Source of the DNA: Dehalococcoidia bacterium
GTDB taxonomy: Bacteria; Chloroflexota; Dehalococcoidia; CAUJGQ01
Direction: 5' to 3'
NCBI GenBank assembly: GCA_050184225.1
Contig: JBFXAN010000012.1
Span: 1-64,000 of the forward strand
Length of the DNA: 64,000 nt
The translations under genes and the position numbers were made by a program. The notes under the pieces are model-generated. The model was not told the DNA's origin and did not search any database. It saw nothing but the letters and a program-made list of their open reading frames with translations. Below are positions 50,764 through 59,354 of the stretch, piece after piece. Positions within the stretch are counted from its first letter, which is position 1, and every line of letters starts with the position of its first letter.

Positions 50764-50798
50764 GAATCAATTCTATACCATCAGATCAGCATCATGGA

Positions 50799-51695
50799 TC
50801 ATGCGCCGTCGAGGAGTAGCCGGTCGAGCAGCGCCTCCAAGTCTTCGTCGCCGTAGAAGCGGATGACGATGCGACCGCCTTTGCGCGATCGTTCGAGGCG
50901 TACCTGAGTGCCGAGTGAGCGTTGCAGGCGGTCTTCCAGGTCGGCGAGGAGCGGGTCGGTGGGGCGCTTCGGCGTGGTCTCGTGCGGCGGCCGTTCGTCC
51001 GTCTCTGCTGCGCCACGCAACCGGCGCACGAGTTCTTCGGTCTGGCGGACGGTGAGGTCGCGGGCGATCACCTCCTGCCAGGCGTGGAGGCGGCGGTCGT
51101 CGTCGGGGAGGCCGAGGAGGGCGCGGGCGTGGCCTTCGCTGATCTCGCCGGCGGCAAGGCTTGCACGGATCGCCTCGGGGAGACTTTGCAGTCGTAGGGT
51201 GTTGGCGACGGCGGTGCGGCTCTTGCCCGCCCGCTCGGCGACGGCTTCCTGTGTCAGTCCAAACTCGTCGATCAACTGGCGGTAGGCGTCAGCCTCCTCC
51301 AGGGGATTGAGATCGGCGCGCTGGATGTTTTCGATCAGGGCGAGTTCGAGCAGATCCTGATCCGTCGCTTCACGGACCACAACCGGCACCCGGGTCAGTC
51401 CGACGGCACGCGCCGCGTGGAGCCGCCGTTCCCCGGCGATCAACTGGTAGCTGACACCGCCGCCATCTGTGATGCGACGCGAGACGACGAGCGGCTGAAT
51501 GATGCCATGGGTCCGCACGCTTTCGGCCAGTTCATCCAGCGCGGCGGGTTGGATCTGGGCGCGTGGTTGGCGGGGATTGGGGGCGATCAGGTCGATATCG
51601 ACCTCGTCAGCGCCGCCGGTCTGCGGCAGCAACGAACCGAGGCCGCGCCCCAGGCCGAAGCGCGACGAGCGGGGTGTGGAATTCTCATTGGTCAT
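50799..51695 (-). CDS. parB: Chromosome partitioning protein ParB/Spo0J
   Basis: GLGRGL, PNPRQPR, GIIQP, IAGERR, ENIQRADLNPLEEA and GHARALL motifs. Confidence 0.95.
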   Translation of the reverse strand: MTNENSTPRSSRFGLGRGLGSLLPQTGGADEVDIDLIAPNPRQPRAQIQPAALDELAESVRTHGIIQPLVVSRRITDGGGVSYQLIAGERRLHAARAVGLTRVPVVVREATDQDLLELALIENIQRADLNPLEEADAYRQLIDEFGLTQEAVAERAGKSRTAVANTLRLQSLPEAIRASLAAGEISEGHARALLGLPDDDRRLHAWQEVIARDLTVRQTEELVRRLRGAAETDERPPHETTPKRPTDPLLADLEDRLQRSLGTQVRLERSRKGGRIVIRFYGDEDLEALLDRLLLDGA

Positions 51696-51977
51696 GGGTC
51701 ATCTGGTCCTTGCGCTGCAACCGGCGATCGGGAAGGGGTGGTGAGTTTTATCAGCGTCAGTAGACCGGATCGCGCGGGCCGCGACAATCTTCGATGAGGG
51801 ACAGCGGTGAAAACGGGATGAACTGAGCCGAACGGCTCAGTTCTCATGTCAGCGTGGCATAGGAACGCCGTGCGGGCAACGGACGAATGGGCGATGGTGC
51901 GCGGGCGGTGGATGCCGCATGCTGACGGTCGGTCGTCCTTGACAGATGGACGACAACCCTCGATGGAGGCTCCTCAC

Positions 51978-52649
51978 ATGATACGCCATGCACCACTCAG
52001 CCGCGTGCTCTGGATCGGCGGCGCGCAGTGGTCGGGCAAGACATCGGTGGCCCAGCTGCTAGCCGCGCGCCATCCACTGCTGCTCTATGTCTACGATTAC
52101 CACGACGCACGCTCCCATGCCGATCGCTCCTGCGCCGATCCCGAACGGTTCCCGCATAGCCATGCCTTTCTCGCAGCGCTGGACCGCAACCCGGACGACG
52201 TATGGGTGACGCCATCGCCGGATGTAATGGCGGCGGACGCACGGCATAGCTTCCGCGAGCGGTTCGCGATGGTATGCGAAGACCTCGCGGCGCTGCCGGC
52301 GGGGGTGCCGGTGCTGGCCGAGGGTTGGGGACTGCGGCCAGACCTGATCGCGCCGCTGCTGGATGACCGGAGACGCGCCGTCTTCCTCGTGCCGACCGAA
52401 GACTTTCGAGAGCGGCAGGTGCGGACGTTGCCTCGTGCCGGACGGCTCCAAACGCCGGGCGTCTCTGATCCTGATCGGGCACAGCGCAACCGCGTCGAAC
52501 GTGACCGGCTGCTCGCGCGGGATGTCGTGGAGTCGGCAACCCGGCTCGGACTGCGTGTGATCACGGTGGACGGCAGTCAATCGGTGGCGGAGGTCGCCGC
52601 GCTGGTTGAGGCGCAGTTCCGACCCTTCCTGCCCCCGTGGCGCTACTGA
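51978..52649 (+). CDS. P-loop kinase-like hypothetical protein
   Basis: LWIGGAQWSGKT Walker A-like motif, LAEG and ITVDGS; GGAGG RBS. Confidence 0.75.
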   Translation: MIRHAPLSRVLWIGGAQWSGKTSVAQLLAARHPLLLYVYDYHDARSHADRSCADPERFPHSHAFLAALDRNPDDVWVTPSPDVMAADARHSFRERFAMVCEDLAALPAGVPVLAEGWGLRPDLIAPLLDDRRRAVFLVPTEDFRERQVRTLPRAGRLQTPGVSDPDRAQRNRVERDRLLARDVVESATRLGLRVITVDGSQSVAEVAALVEAQFRPFLPPWRY

Positions 52650-52660
52650 GGAGCGCCGGC

Positions 52661-53443
52661 TCAGAGATGGCGTCTGCTCGCGACCGAGCGATGTTCCTGT
52701 GCGATCACTTCGTCGGCGAGGGAGCGGTAGGCGCGGGCGCCGGGGGAGGAGGGGTCGTAGTCGAGGATCGAGCGGCCATGGCTCGGGGCCTCGCTGAGGC
52801 GGACGGAGCGGGGAACGACGGTGCGGTAGGTTTGGCTGAAGTGGCGGCGCACTTCGGTGACCACATCCTGGGCGAGGTTGGTGCGGGCGTCGAACATGGT
52901 CATGACCAGCCCGCGCAGGCGCAGCGATGGGTTCAACCGCTGGCGCACCAGTTCGAGCGTCCGTGCCAGGTGGCTCAGACCCTCCAGCGCCAGATACTCG
53001 CACTGCACCGGCACGATCACCTCGTCGGCGGCGGTGAGCGCGTTCACGGTCAGCAGGCCGAGCGAGGGCGGACAGTCGACGAGGACATAGTCGAAGTGGC
53101 CGCGCACGTCGGCCAGCGCCCGCCGCAGGCGTTGCTCGCGGTCCTCGACCGCCACCAGCTCGATCTCGGCGCCGGCCAGGTCACGCGAGGCGGGCAGGAG
53201 TAGGACCCCGGCGGCGGTCGTTTCGTCGATCACATCCGTGGCCGGCACACCGCCGAGCAGCACCTCATAGGTATCGCGTCCGGGTTGCGCCTCGCGGCCG
53301 AGGGCGCTGCTCGCGTTCGCCTGGGCGTCCATATCGACGACGAGCACGGACCGTCCGCCGGCCGCGAGCGCGGCGCCCAGGTTGACCGTGGTGGTGGTCT
53401 TGCCGACGCCGCCCTTCTGATACGCGAACGCGATGACGGTCAT
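52661..53443 (-). CDS. parA: Chromosome partitioning ATPase ParA/Soj
   Basis: QKGGVGKTTT, DMDAQAN, DCPPSLG, PVQCEY.ALEG and PRSVRLSEAPSHG motifs. Confidence 0.95.
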   Translation of the reverse strand: MTVIAFAYQKGGVGKTTTTVNLGAALAAGGRSVLVVDMDAQANASSALGREAQPGRDTYEVLLGGVPATDVIDETTAAGVLLLPASRDLAGAEIELVAVEDREQRLRRALADVRGHFDYVLVDCPPSLGLLTVNALTAADEVIVPVQCEYLALEGLSHLARTLELVRQRLNPSLRLRGLVMTMFDARTNLAQDVVTEVRRHFSQTYRTVVPRSVRLSEAPSHGRSILDYDPSSPGARAYRSLADEVIAQEHRSVASRRHL

Positions 53444-54357
53444 CGGCGGGTTCCGTCCGGCAGCATCTGGGGATCGACCTCACGAGCGTGCCCGACCGCG
53501 CGCAGCCGTACGAGCGTGTCCTCCCGGGTCGGCGTCAGCGGGCCGCGCGTCTCCACGGATAGGCCGGCGACGGCGGCAGCGAATCGAGCGGCGTCGATCG
53601 GATCCGCCCCCTCGTCCTGGGCGACCATGAACGCCGCCGCGAAACTATCGCCGGCGCCGGTTGGGTCGATCTCGTCGACCGGCGCCGCGGGCACGGACCA
53701 CCAACGGCCTTCCATGTGGATCTTCGCGCCACGCCGCCCGGCCGTCAGCACGACCACGGGCACCGTTGTCAGCCATGCCGGCGGCACCGCACGTCCGGCC
53801 GCGCCGGCGAGGTCCTCTTCCGAGAGAAAGAGCACGCGGGTGCGGCGGAGCACCGGCAGGGCGTCCCACGCATCCGGCGCCATCAGCGTCACACGGCCGT
53901 CTGCATCCGTCCGGCGCAGAAAGCCCTGGGCGCAGACACCCACGCTCCCGCTGAACCGGGCCGCAAGCGCCGGCGTCACCTCATGGTAGACCGGCCCGAG
54001 CAGCACGACGCGGGCATCCGCCCACGCGGTGGGCAGCGTCTCCGGCGGGATCGCCGTTCCCACCGCTGGGAGATACTGAACGCGATGGCCGTCCGCCGTG
54101 TAGATGTTCTCGAACGATGTCGCCTCCGGCGCGTCCGCCCGTGCCACGGCGATCTCCGCGGCGAGACCGGCCGTCACGACATCGGCGGGCGCCGCCGTGA
54201 CGACGCCGACCCGCCGGCCCAGGCCCCGTGCCACTGCCGCCGCGTAGACAGCGGTGCCGCCTGACACCCAACCGTCCGGCGTTTGGTCACGGGTCACATT
54301 CCCGCAGACGACGAAGTCAGCCGCGGCGTGCGGGGTGCGACGTGCTGAGTTCGCCAT
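53440..54357 (-). CDS. PfkB-family carbohydrate kinase
   Basis: GG.A.YAA and DPTGAGDSFAA motifs. Confidence 0.9.
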   Translation of the reverse strand: MANSARRTPHAAADFVVCGNVTRDQTPDGWVSGGTAVYAAAVARGLGRRVGVVTAAPADVVTAGLAAEIAVARADAPEATSFENIYTADGHRVQYLPAVGTAIPPETLPTAWADARVVLLGPVYHEVTPALAARFSGSVGVCAQGFLRRTDADGRVTLMAPDAWDALPVLRRTRVLFLSEEDLAGAAGRAVPPAWLTTVPVVVLTAGRRGAKIHMEGRWWSVPAAPVDEIDPTGAGDSFAAAFMVAQDEGADPIDAARFAAAVAGLSVETRGPLTPTREDTLVRLRAVGHAREVDPQMLPDGTRR

Positions 54358-54391
54358 ATTGGTCCCTGTTCCCGCTTGATTATCCCACACT

Positions 54392-55258
54392 CTATCCGTC
54401 GCTCCGCAACCGCCGCCGGATTCGCTCCAGCCAGGAGCGCCGCCCGCTATCGGCCAGCGGCGGCCCGTTCAGCGCCAGTTGCGCCGGGCGGTCGATCGCG
54501 GTGAGCAAGCCGGCGCCGAGGCTGCGAGCGATCTCGCTTGCGGCGATGCCGTCGCGCACCGAGGCGGCAGCCATCTGCACCATCGCCGGATGGTGGGTGA
54601 CGAACCCGCTGGCGCGCCGGCCGTGGCTGAGGTCGGCGCCGAGCGCCTCCTCGTCATCGACGACGACGAGCAGCCACTGCTCGTGCGCCGGGCCGTCGAT
54701 GTCATGGCGAAAGAGCGCGCCCTCACAGCTGCCGCATGGCGCGGGACAGGCGCGCTGGCACAGGGTCGTCACTAGCACGCCACGCTCAACCGCATTCCGG
54801 ACCGCGTCCGCCAGCGGCAGTGCGGTCGAGGGCGTCACGGCGAGCACCACCTGTGCGGTCGCGGACTCCACCATGGCCCGTGCCCGTGCCAGCAGCTCGG
54901 CTTGATCGGCGACCGCCGCGGTGACCGGCTCCGTCACATCAGCGCCCAGCCGTTGCAGGGAGCCGGCGGCGCCGTCCAGACGTTCACGGTAACCGCGGGC
55001 GAGCCGCTCCAGCAACTCCGCCGCCGGACGAGCGGCATAGCGGGAGCCGCGGCCGGCGGCGAAGGCGGTCACGGCGCCACGCTCTTCCAGCCGTTGCAAC
55101 GCCGGATAGACGTTCGGCCGTGGCACGCCCGAGCGCTTGCTCACCTCATAGCCGCTCAGCGGCCCATCCGCGAGCAGCGTCACATACACCCGCGCCTCGT
55201 AATCGCCGAACCCGAGGGTGGTGAGCTGTCCGACCGCGTCCTGTACGGAGTTGTTCAT
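54392..55258 (-). CDS. TrmB-family transcriptional regulator with a Cys4 motif
   Basis: LGFGDYEARVY..LL...SGYEVSKRSGVPRPNVY wHTH; CQRACPAPCGSC in the effector domain. Confidence 0.88.
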   Translation of the reverse strand: MNNSVQDAVGQLTTLGFGDYEARVYVTLLADGPLSGYEVSKRSGVPRPNVYPALQRLEERGAVTAFAAGRGSRYAARPAAELLERLARGYRERLDGAAGSLQRLGADVTEPVTAAVADQAELLARARAMVESATAQVVLAVTPSTALPLADAVRNAVERGVLVTTLCQRACPAPCGSCEGALFRHDIDGPAHEQWLLVVVDDEEALGADLSHGRRASGFVTHHPAMVQMAAASVRDGIAASEIARSLGAGLLTAIDRPAQLALNGPPLADSGRRSWLERIRRRLRSDG

Positions 55259-55266
55259 ACAACTAC
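55247..55266. promoter_or_regulatory. Palindromic operator, copy overlapping the TrmB start codon
   Basis: GGAGTTGT-TCAT-ACAACTAC. Confidence 0.7.
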
Positions 55267-55379
55267 TGTCCTGGGCAGTGCGACCGCCGTCAAGCATCGC
55301 GGGCCGTAGCCCGACCTGTCTCTTTGGACAGGTGGTGGACTGGCCGCCTTGCCGGCGCACGCTGCTGAGCCTGTCGTAA

Positions 55380-55403
55380 TAGTAGTTGTGTATATAACTA
55401 CTA
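55380..55403. promoter_or_regulatory. Palindromic operator upstream of the divergent operon
   Basis: TAGTAGTTGT-GTAT-ATAACTACTA; the outer 8 bp form a perfect inverted repeat in an AT-rich island. Confidence 0.75.
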
Positions 55404-55424
55404 GTGATTCGCAAGGAGGCGCTC

Positions 55425-55688
55425 ATGAGACGTACCGCAGTAGCAGCCGGCATGCCCTCCCAGCGGGGGCGGAGGCCACGCCGCATCCATCAGGGGATAC
55501 GGGCATCGCTCATTGCGAGCGGCATCGTCCTCCTGCTGTCCGGCGCGCTGGTCGACATCGGCCACCACGCCGGCCTGCCGGGCCTCACTGCTGAGGCGCT
55601 GGGCGAGGCCGGACACATGGTGACGCTGGCCGGCATGGTGCTCACCGCGACGGGGGTGGCGCTGGTCGCGGCGCTTCGACGGCGGTAG
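55425..55688 (+). CDS. Small 2-TM membrane protein with D-x3-H...H motif
   Basis: AAGGAGG RBS; LVDIGHH and EAGHMVTL. Confidence 0.75.
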   Translation: MRRTAVAAGMPSQRGRRPRRIHQGIRASLIASGIVLLLSGALVDIGHHAGLPGLTAEALGEAGHMVTLAGMVLTATGVALVAALRRR

Positions 55689-55732
55689 CGGGCAGACCCG
55701 CGCCGCCGATCACACGTTTTGGAGGTTGATCG

Positions 55733-56056
55733 ATGCCGTACGGAAACTTCATCAACAATGTCCCGCCCGCCATCTTCCTGCTCATCCATCTGACCGCGTT
55801 CCTCGTCGGCGTGTTCCTCGCGTATCGCTCGTTCGAAGCAGACGCGACGCTCGCCGGCGTGGGGTTCCTGCTCTTCGCGCTCGCCGAGATCTGCTACATG
55901 ACCTACCACCTCGATTGGACCGTGTTCCTCTTCGCGCACACGATCTCCGAGGTGCTCGATCTGGCCGCATTCGTGCTCATCTTCGCCGGCGCCGTCCAGC
56001 GTGTGGCGGCTCGCGGGCAGACCGAAGGGCGGCCGGCGCGGGTGACACAGCCATGA
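55733..56056 (+). CDS. Small 3-TM membrane protein with His/Glu residues in the helices
   Basis: GGAGG RBS; LIHL, AEICYMTYHL and FAHTISE; ATGA-coupled to the cupredoxin gene. Confidence 0.8.
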   Translation: MPYGNFINNVPPAIFLLIHLTAFLVGVFLAYRSFEADATLAGVGFLLFALAEICYMTYHLDWTVFLFAHTISEVLDLAAFVLIFAGAVQRVAARGQTEGRPARVTQP

Positions 56057-56445
56057 CGAAGCACCGTGTTCTCCAGACAGCGCTGGCCGCCGGCATCGCC
56101 CTGATCGTGGTGGTGATCGTCGGGTGCGCGGGCGATGCAACCGGGTCCGGCGCGCCGGTCGAGACGAACGAGGTGACGATGCCGCGAAGTTACCGGTTCG
56201 CGCCGGAGACGATTCAGGTCACCGCCGGCACGACGGTCACCTTCCGCAACGACGACAACTTCACGCACTCGGTCAAGCTGCGCGACGGCAGCGAGCCGGA
56301 CCACCGGGTTTCACCCGGCGAGAGCGTCCAGATCACGTTCGCGCAGCCGGGCACCTTCAACTACGAATGCAGCTTGCACCCGCGGGACATGCGCGGCACG
56401 GTCATCGTCACCGGCGCGCCGCCCGCGGCGGACTACGGAGGATAG
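56053..56445 (+). CDS. Plastocyanin/azurin-like type-1 copper lipoprotein (cupredoxin)
   Basis: Lipobox IVGC; F.PE.I.V..GTTVTF.N...HSV and YECSLHPRDM supply the H, C, H, M ligands. Confidence 0.9.
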   Translation: MTKHRVLQTALAAGIALIVVVIVGCAGDATGSGAPVETNEVTMPRSYRFAPETIQVTAGTTVTFRNDDNFTHSVKLRDGSEPDHRVSPGESVQITFAQPGTFNYECSLHPRDMRGTVIVTGAPPAADYGG

Positions 56446-56450
56446 AAGCC

Positions 56451-57158
56451 ATGTCGCATCGTCACTTCATCATTCCGGCCGAACCAACCCGACAGCAGCG
56501 ACGCCTGCCGCTTGTTCCGATCGCGCTCCTGCTGGCGCTCCTCACCCTCGTCGCGCTCGGCGGGACGCGTGTCACGGCCCATCAATCGCACACGAACGGC
56601 GCGACAGAGGAGGCCAAGGAGCGGCGCGTTGCCTTCCATGACACGATGCGCCGGTTGTGGGAGGACCATATCGTCTGGACGCGCATGTATCTGGTGAGCG
56701 CGATCGCCGAGTTGCCGGACACCCAGGCGACAGCGGAGCGATTGTTGCGCAACCAGACCGACATCGGTGACGCGATCAGACCCTACTACGGGGATGCCGC
56801 CGGCGATCAACTGACCGCGCTCCTGCGCGACCATATCCTGATCGCCGTCGATCTCGTGGCTGCCGCGAAGGCAGGAGACACGGCGCGGCTTGCGGGCGAG
56901 CAATCGCGATGGGAGGCCAACGCCGACGCGATCGGCGCCTTCCTCAATGACACCAACCCGCGTCACTGGCCGCGCGACGAGATGGCGGCGATGATGCGCA
57001 CCCACCTTGAGGTCACCGCTGCCGAGGCGCTCGCCCGGCTGCGCGGCGACTGGGCCGCCGATATCGCTGCCTACGACGCCGTGCACGAGCAGATCCTGCG
57101 CATGGCCGACATGCTCAGCAGCGGCATCATCGAGCAGTTCCCGGAGCACTTCCGCTAG
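56451..57158 (+). CDS. Secreted helical His/Met-rich protein of unknown function
   Basis: Signal-like segment; MRRLWEDH..WTR, LLRNQ.DIG.AI.PYYG, LRDH, MMRTH and MADMLSSGI. Confidence 0.8.
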   Translation: MSHRHFIIPAEPTRQQRRLPLVPIALLLALLTLVALGGTRVTAHQSHTNGATEEAKERRVAFHDTMRRLWEDHIVWTRMYLVSAIAELPDTQATAERLLRNQTDIGDAIRPYYGDAAGDQLTALLRDHILIAVDLVAAAKAGDTARLAGEQSRWEANADAIGAFLNDTNPRHWPRDEMAAMMRTHLEVTAAEALARLRGDWAADIAAYDAVHEQILRMADMLSSGIIEQFPEHFR

Positions 57159-57187
57159 CGTCCGGGGCGGCTGAAGGGAGAAATGAG

Positions 57188-58414
57188 ATGCAAATCTACA
57201 AGTACGTCATCCTCGGCGGCGGTATGGTCGCCGGCTACGCGGCCCGGGAACTGGTCGAAGGCGGGCTTCGCTCGGGGGATTTGGCGATCATCTCCGCCGA
57301 CGGGGCGCTACCGTATGAGCGGCCGCCGCTGTCGAAGGGATTCCTGGCCGGCAAAGAGGAGGAGACGAGCATCTTCATCAACGATCGTGCGTTTTATGAC
57401 GCGCACGGCATCACGGTCCACCTCGGCACCGCGATCGACGCGGTCGACCTCGGGCAGCAGCGCCTGCGCCGGCAAGCAGGCGAGGAGATCGGGTACGATA
57501 AGCTGCTGATCGCCACTGGGGCCAACGTCCGCAGGCTCGCCGTGCCGGGGGCGACGCTCGACGGCATTCTCTATCTGCGCTCGCTGCACGACGCGAAGCG
57601 GATCCTCGCCCAGGCCGAGGGCGCGCGAAGGGCGGTCGTGATCGGCGCGGGCTTCATCGGTATGGAGGTGGCGTCGGTGCTGGCGCAGCGGGGAATCGAG
57701 ACGACGATCGTCTATCCAGGCGAGCGCGTCTGGCAGCGCTTCTTCACACCGGAGATATCGGCGTTCTTCCAGCGCTACTATGAAGGTCGGGGCGTGTCCC
57801 TGGTGGCAGGAGAACGCGTCGTGTCGTTCGCGGGACAGGAGCGCGTCTCCGGCGCGATCACTGCATCCGGGCGGCAGTTGCCCGCCGACCTCATCGTCGC
57901 GGGAATCGGAGTGGTCCCGGCGACGGACGTCTTTGAGGGGACCGGATTACAGCTCGACAACGGCATCGTCGTCAATGAATACCTGGAGACGAGCGAGCCG
58001 GACGTGTATGCCGCCGGCGACGTTGCCAGCTACTACGATGTGATCTTCGACAAGCAGCGGCGGGTGGAGCACTGGGACAACGCCGTCGAGCAGGGCCGGC
58101 ATGCCGCGCGGCTGCTGATGGGAGACCGCGTGCCGTTCGTCCACGTTCCGTATTTCTTCTCCGATGTCTTCGACCTCTCGTACGAATTCTGGGGGGACAC
58201 CGCCGTCGCCAGCGATGTCGTCTATCGCGGTGACGTCGCGGGTGGCTGTTTCAGCGCCTGGTGGTTGAAGGATAGCCGGGTAGTCGCGGCCTTCGTCATG
58301 AACCGTCCGGATGAAGAGCGCGAGCTGGCGCCAACGTGGATCAGCGAGCGCCATCTGGTTTCTGGACGGGACGTACGAGACGACCGCGTGCCGCTGCACG
58401 CGAACGGCGCGTGA
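57188..58414 (+). CDS. FAD/NAD(P)-dependent oxidoreductase (ferredoxin reductase/MDAR-like)
   Basis: GGGMVAG, PYERPPLSK, ATGA, GAGFIGME, YAAGDVA, RVEHW and PYFFSD motifs. Confidence 0.93.
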   Translation: MQIYKYVILGGGMVAGYAARELVEGGLRSGDLAIISADGALPYERPPLSKGFLAGKEEETSIFINDRAFYDAHGITVHLGTAIDAVDLGQQRLRRQAGEEIGYDKLLIATGANVRRLAVPGATLDGILYLRSLHDAKRILAQAEGARRAVVIGAGFIGMEVASVLAQRGIETTIVYPGERVWQRFFTPEISAFFQRYYEGRGVSLVAGERVVSFAGQERVSGAITASGRQLPADLIVAGIGVVPATDVFEGTGLQLDNGIVVNEYLETSEPDVYAAGDVASYYDVIFDKQRRVEHWDNAVEQGRHAARLLMGDRVPFVHVPYFFSDVFDLSYEFWGDTAVASDVVYRGDVAGGCFSAWWLKDSRVVAAFVMNRPDEERELAPTWISERHLVSGRDVRDDRVPLHANGA

Positions 58415-58443
58415 GGCTCCTGGCCGGCACTGTGAGGCACAAA

Positions 58444-59157
58444 GTGCACGATGAACATGCACCGACCGCGATCCTGTTCGACGTCGATGGCTGCCTGATC
58501 TCAACCGGTGGGGCAGGCAGCCGCGCGTGGCGGCGCGCCTTCGAGGTACTGCACGGCGTCCCGGCCGATATCGGGGAGTTCACCGAGGCGGGCATGACCG
58601 ACCCGGACGTGGGGAGGCTCACGTTCACGCGGGTGATCGGCCGGGAGCCGGCCGATCGCGAGATGGCCCGGCTGCTCGCGGCCTATCTCGAAGGTCTGGC
58701 CGCCGAAGTCGCGCGGTCGCCGGACTATCGGGTGATGCCGGGAGTAACGGCGTTGCTGCCCCGGCTGGTGGGGGCCGGCATCCTCCTGGGCGTGGTCAGC
58801 GGCGCGTTGGAGGCGGCGGCCCACATCAAGCTCGCCCGCGCTGGTCTGAACCGGTTCTTCTGCTTCGGCGGGTATGGGTCGGATTCTCGCGATCGGGGGG
58901 AACTCACGCGCCTCGCGGTCGCGCGTGCCGGCGGGATCCACGGTCACGCGCTGGATCCCGGGCGGGTGCTCGTCGTCGGCGACACGCCGCGGGATATCGA
59001 GGCGGCGCACGCCGCGGGCGCGATCGCGGTTGGTGTGGCCACCGGCAGGTACTCGGTCGAGGCGCTGCGGGCAGCGGGAGCAGACCACGCGCTGCCGACG
59101 CTTGAACATCCCTTACCCGGCGTGCCGGACCGGTCGGATAAGGGAGCGACGGCATGA
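58444..59157 (+). CDS. HAD-family hydrolase (phosphatase)
   Basis: LFDVDGCL, GMTD and VGDTPRDI motifs; start GTG 58444 or 58411. Confidence 0.88.
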   Translation: MHDEHAPTAILFDVDGCLISTGGAGSRAWRRAFEVLHGVPADIGEFTEAGMTDPDVGRLTFTRVIGREPADREMARLLAAYLEGLAAEVARSPDYRVMPGVTALLPRLVGAGILLGVVSGALEAAAHIKLARAGLNRFFCFGGYGSDSRDRGELTRLAVARAGGIHGHALDPGRVLVVGDTPRDIEAAHAAGAIAVGVATGRYSVEALRAAGADHALPTLEHPLPGVPDRSDKGATA

Positions 59158-59354
59158 CCAGGGGAGGCTGCACGAAAGGATCGGGGAGCGAGTCTCAGAC
59201 GCCCCAGAGAGACGGGAACTCTCCGGGCATTGGGCACGGGCCGAAGTCCGCTCACGGGGCTTGAACGCGCGGCTACACTGGTGATGACGTGCGGCCCCGC
59301 TGAGCATCCGGGTCAGAGATTCACCCCGATTGAATGAGCCGAAGGAGGCCGGCA

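Noticed and set aside
50799-53443. parS site near parAB
   Set aside because: No TGTTTCACGTGAAACA-like palindrome found by eye.
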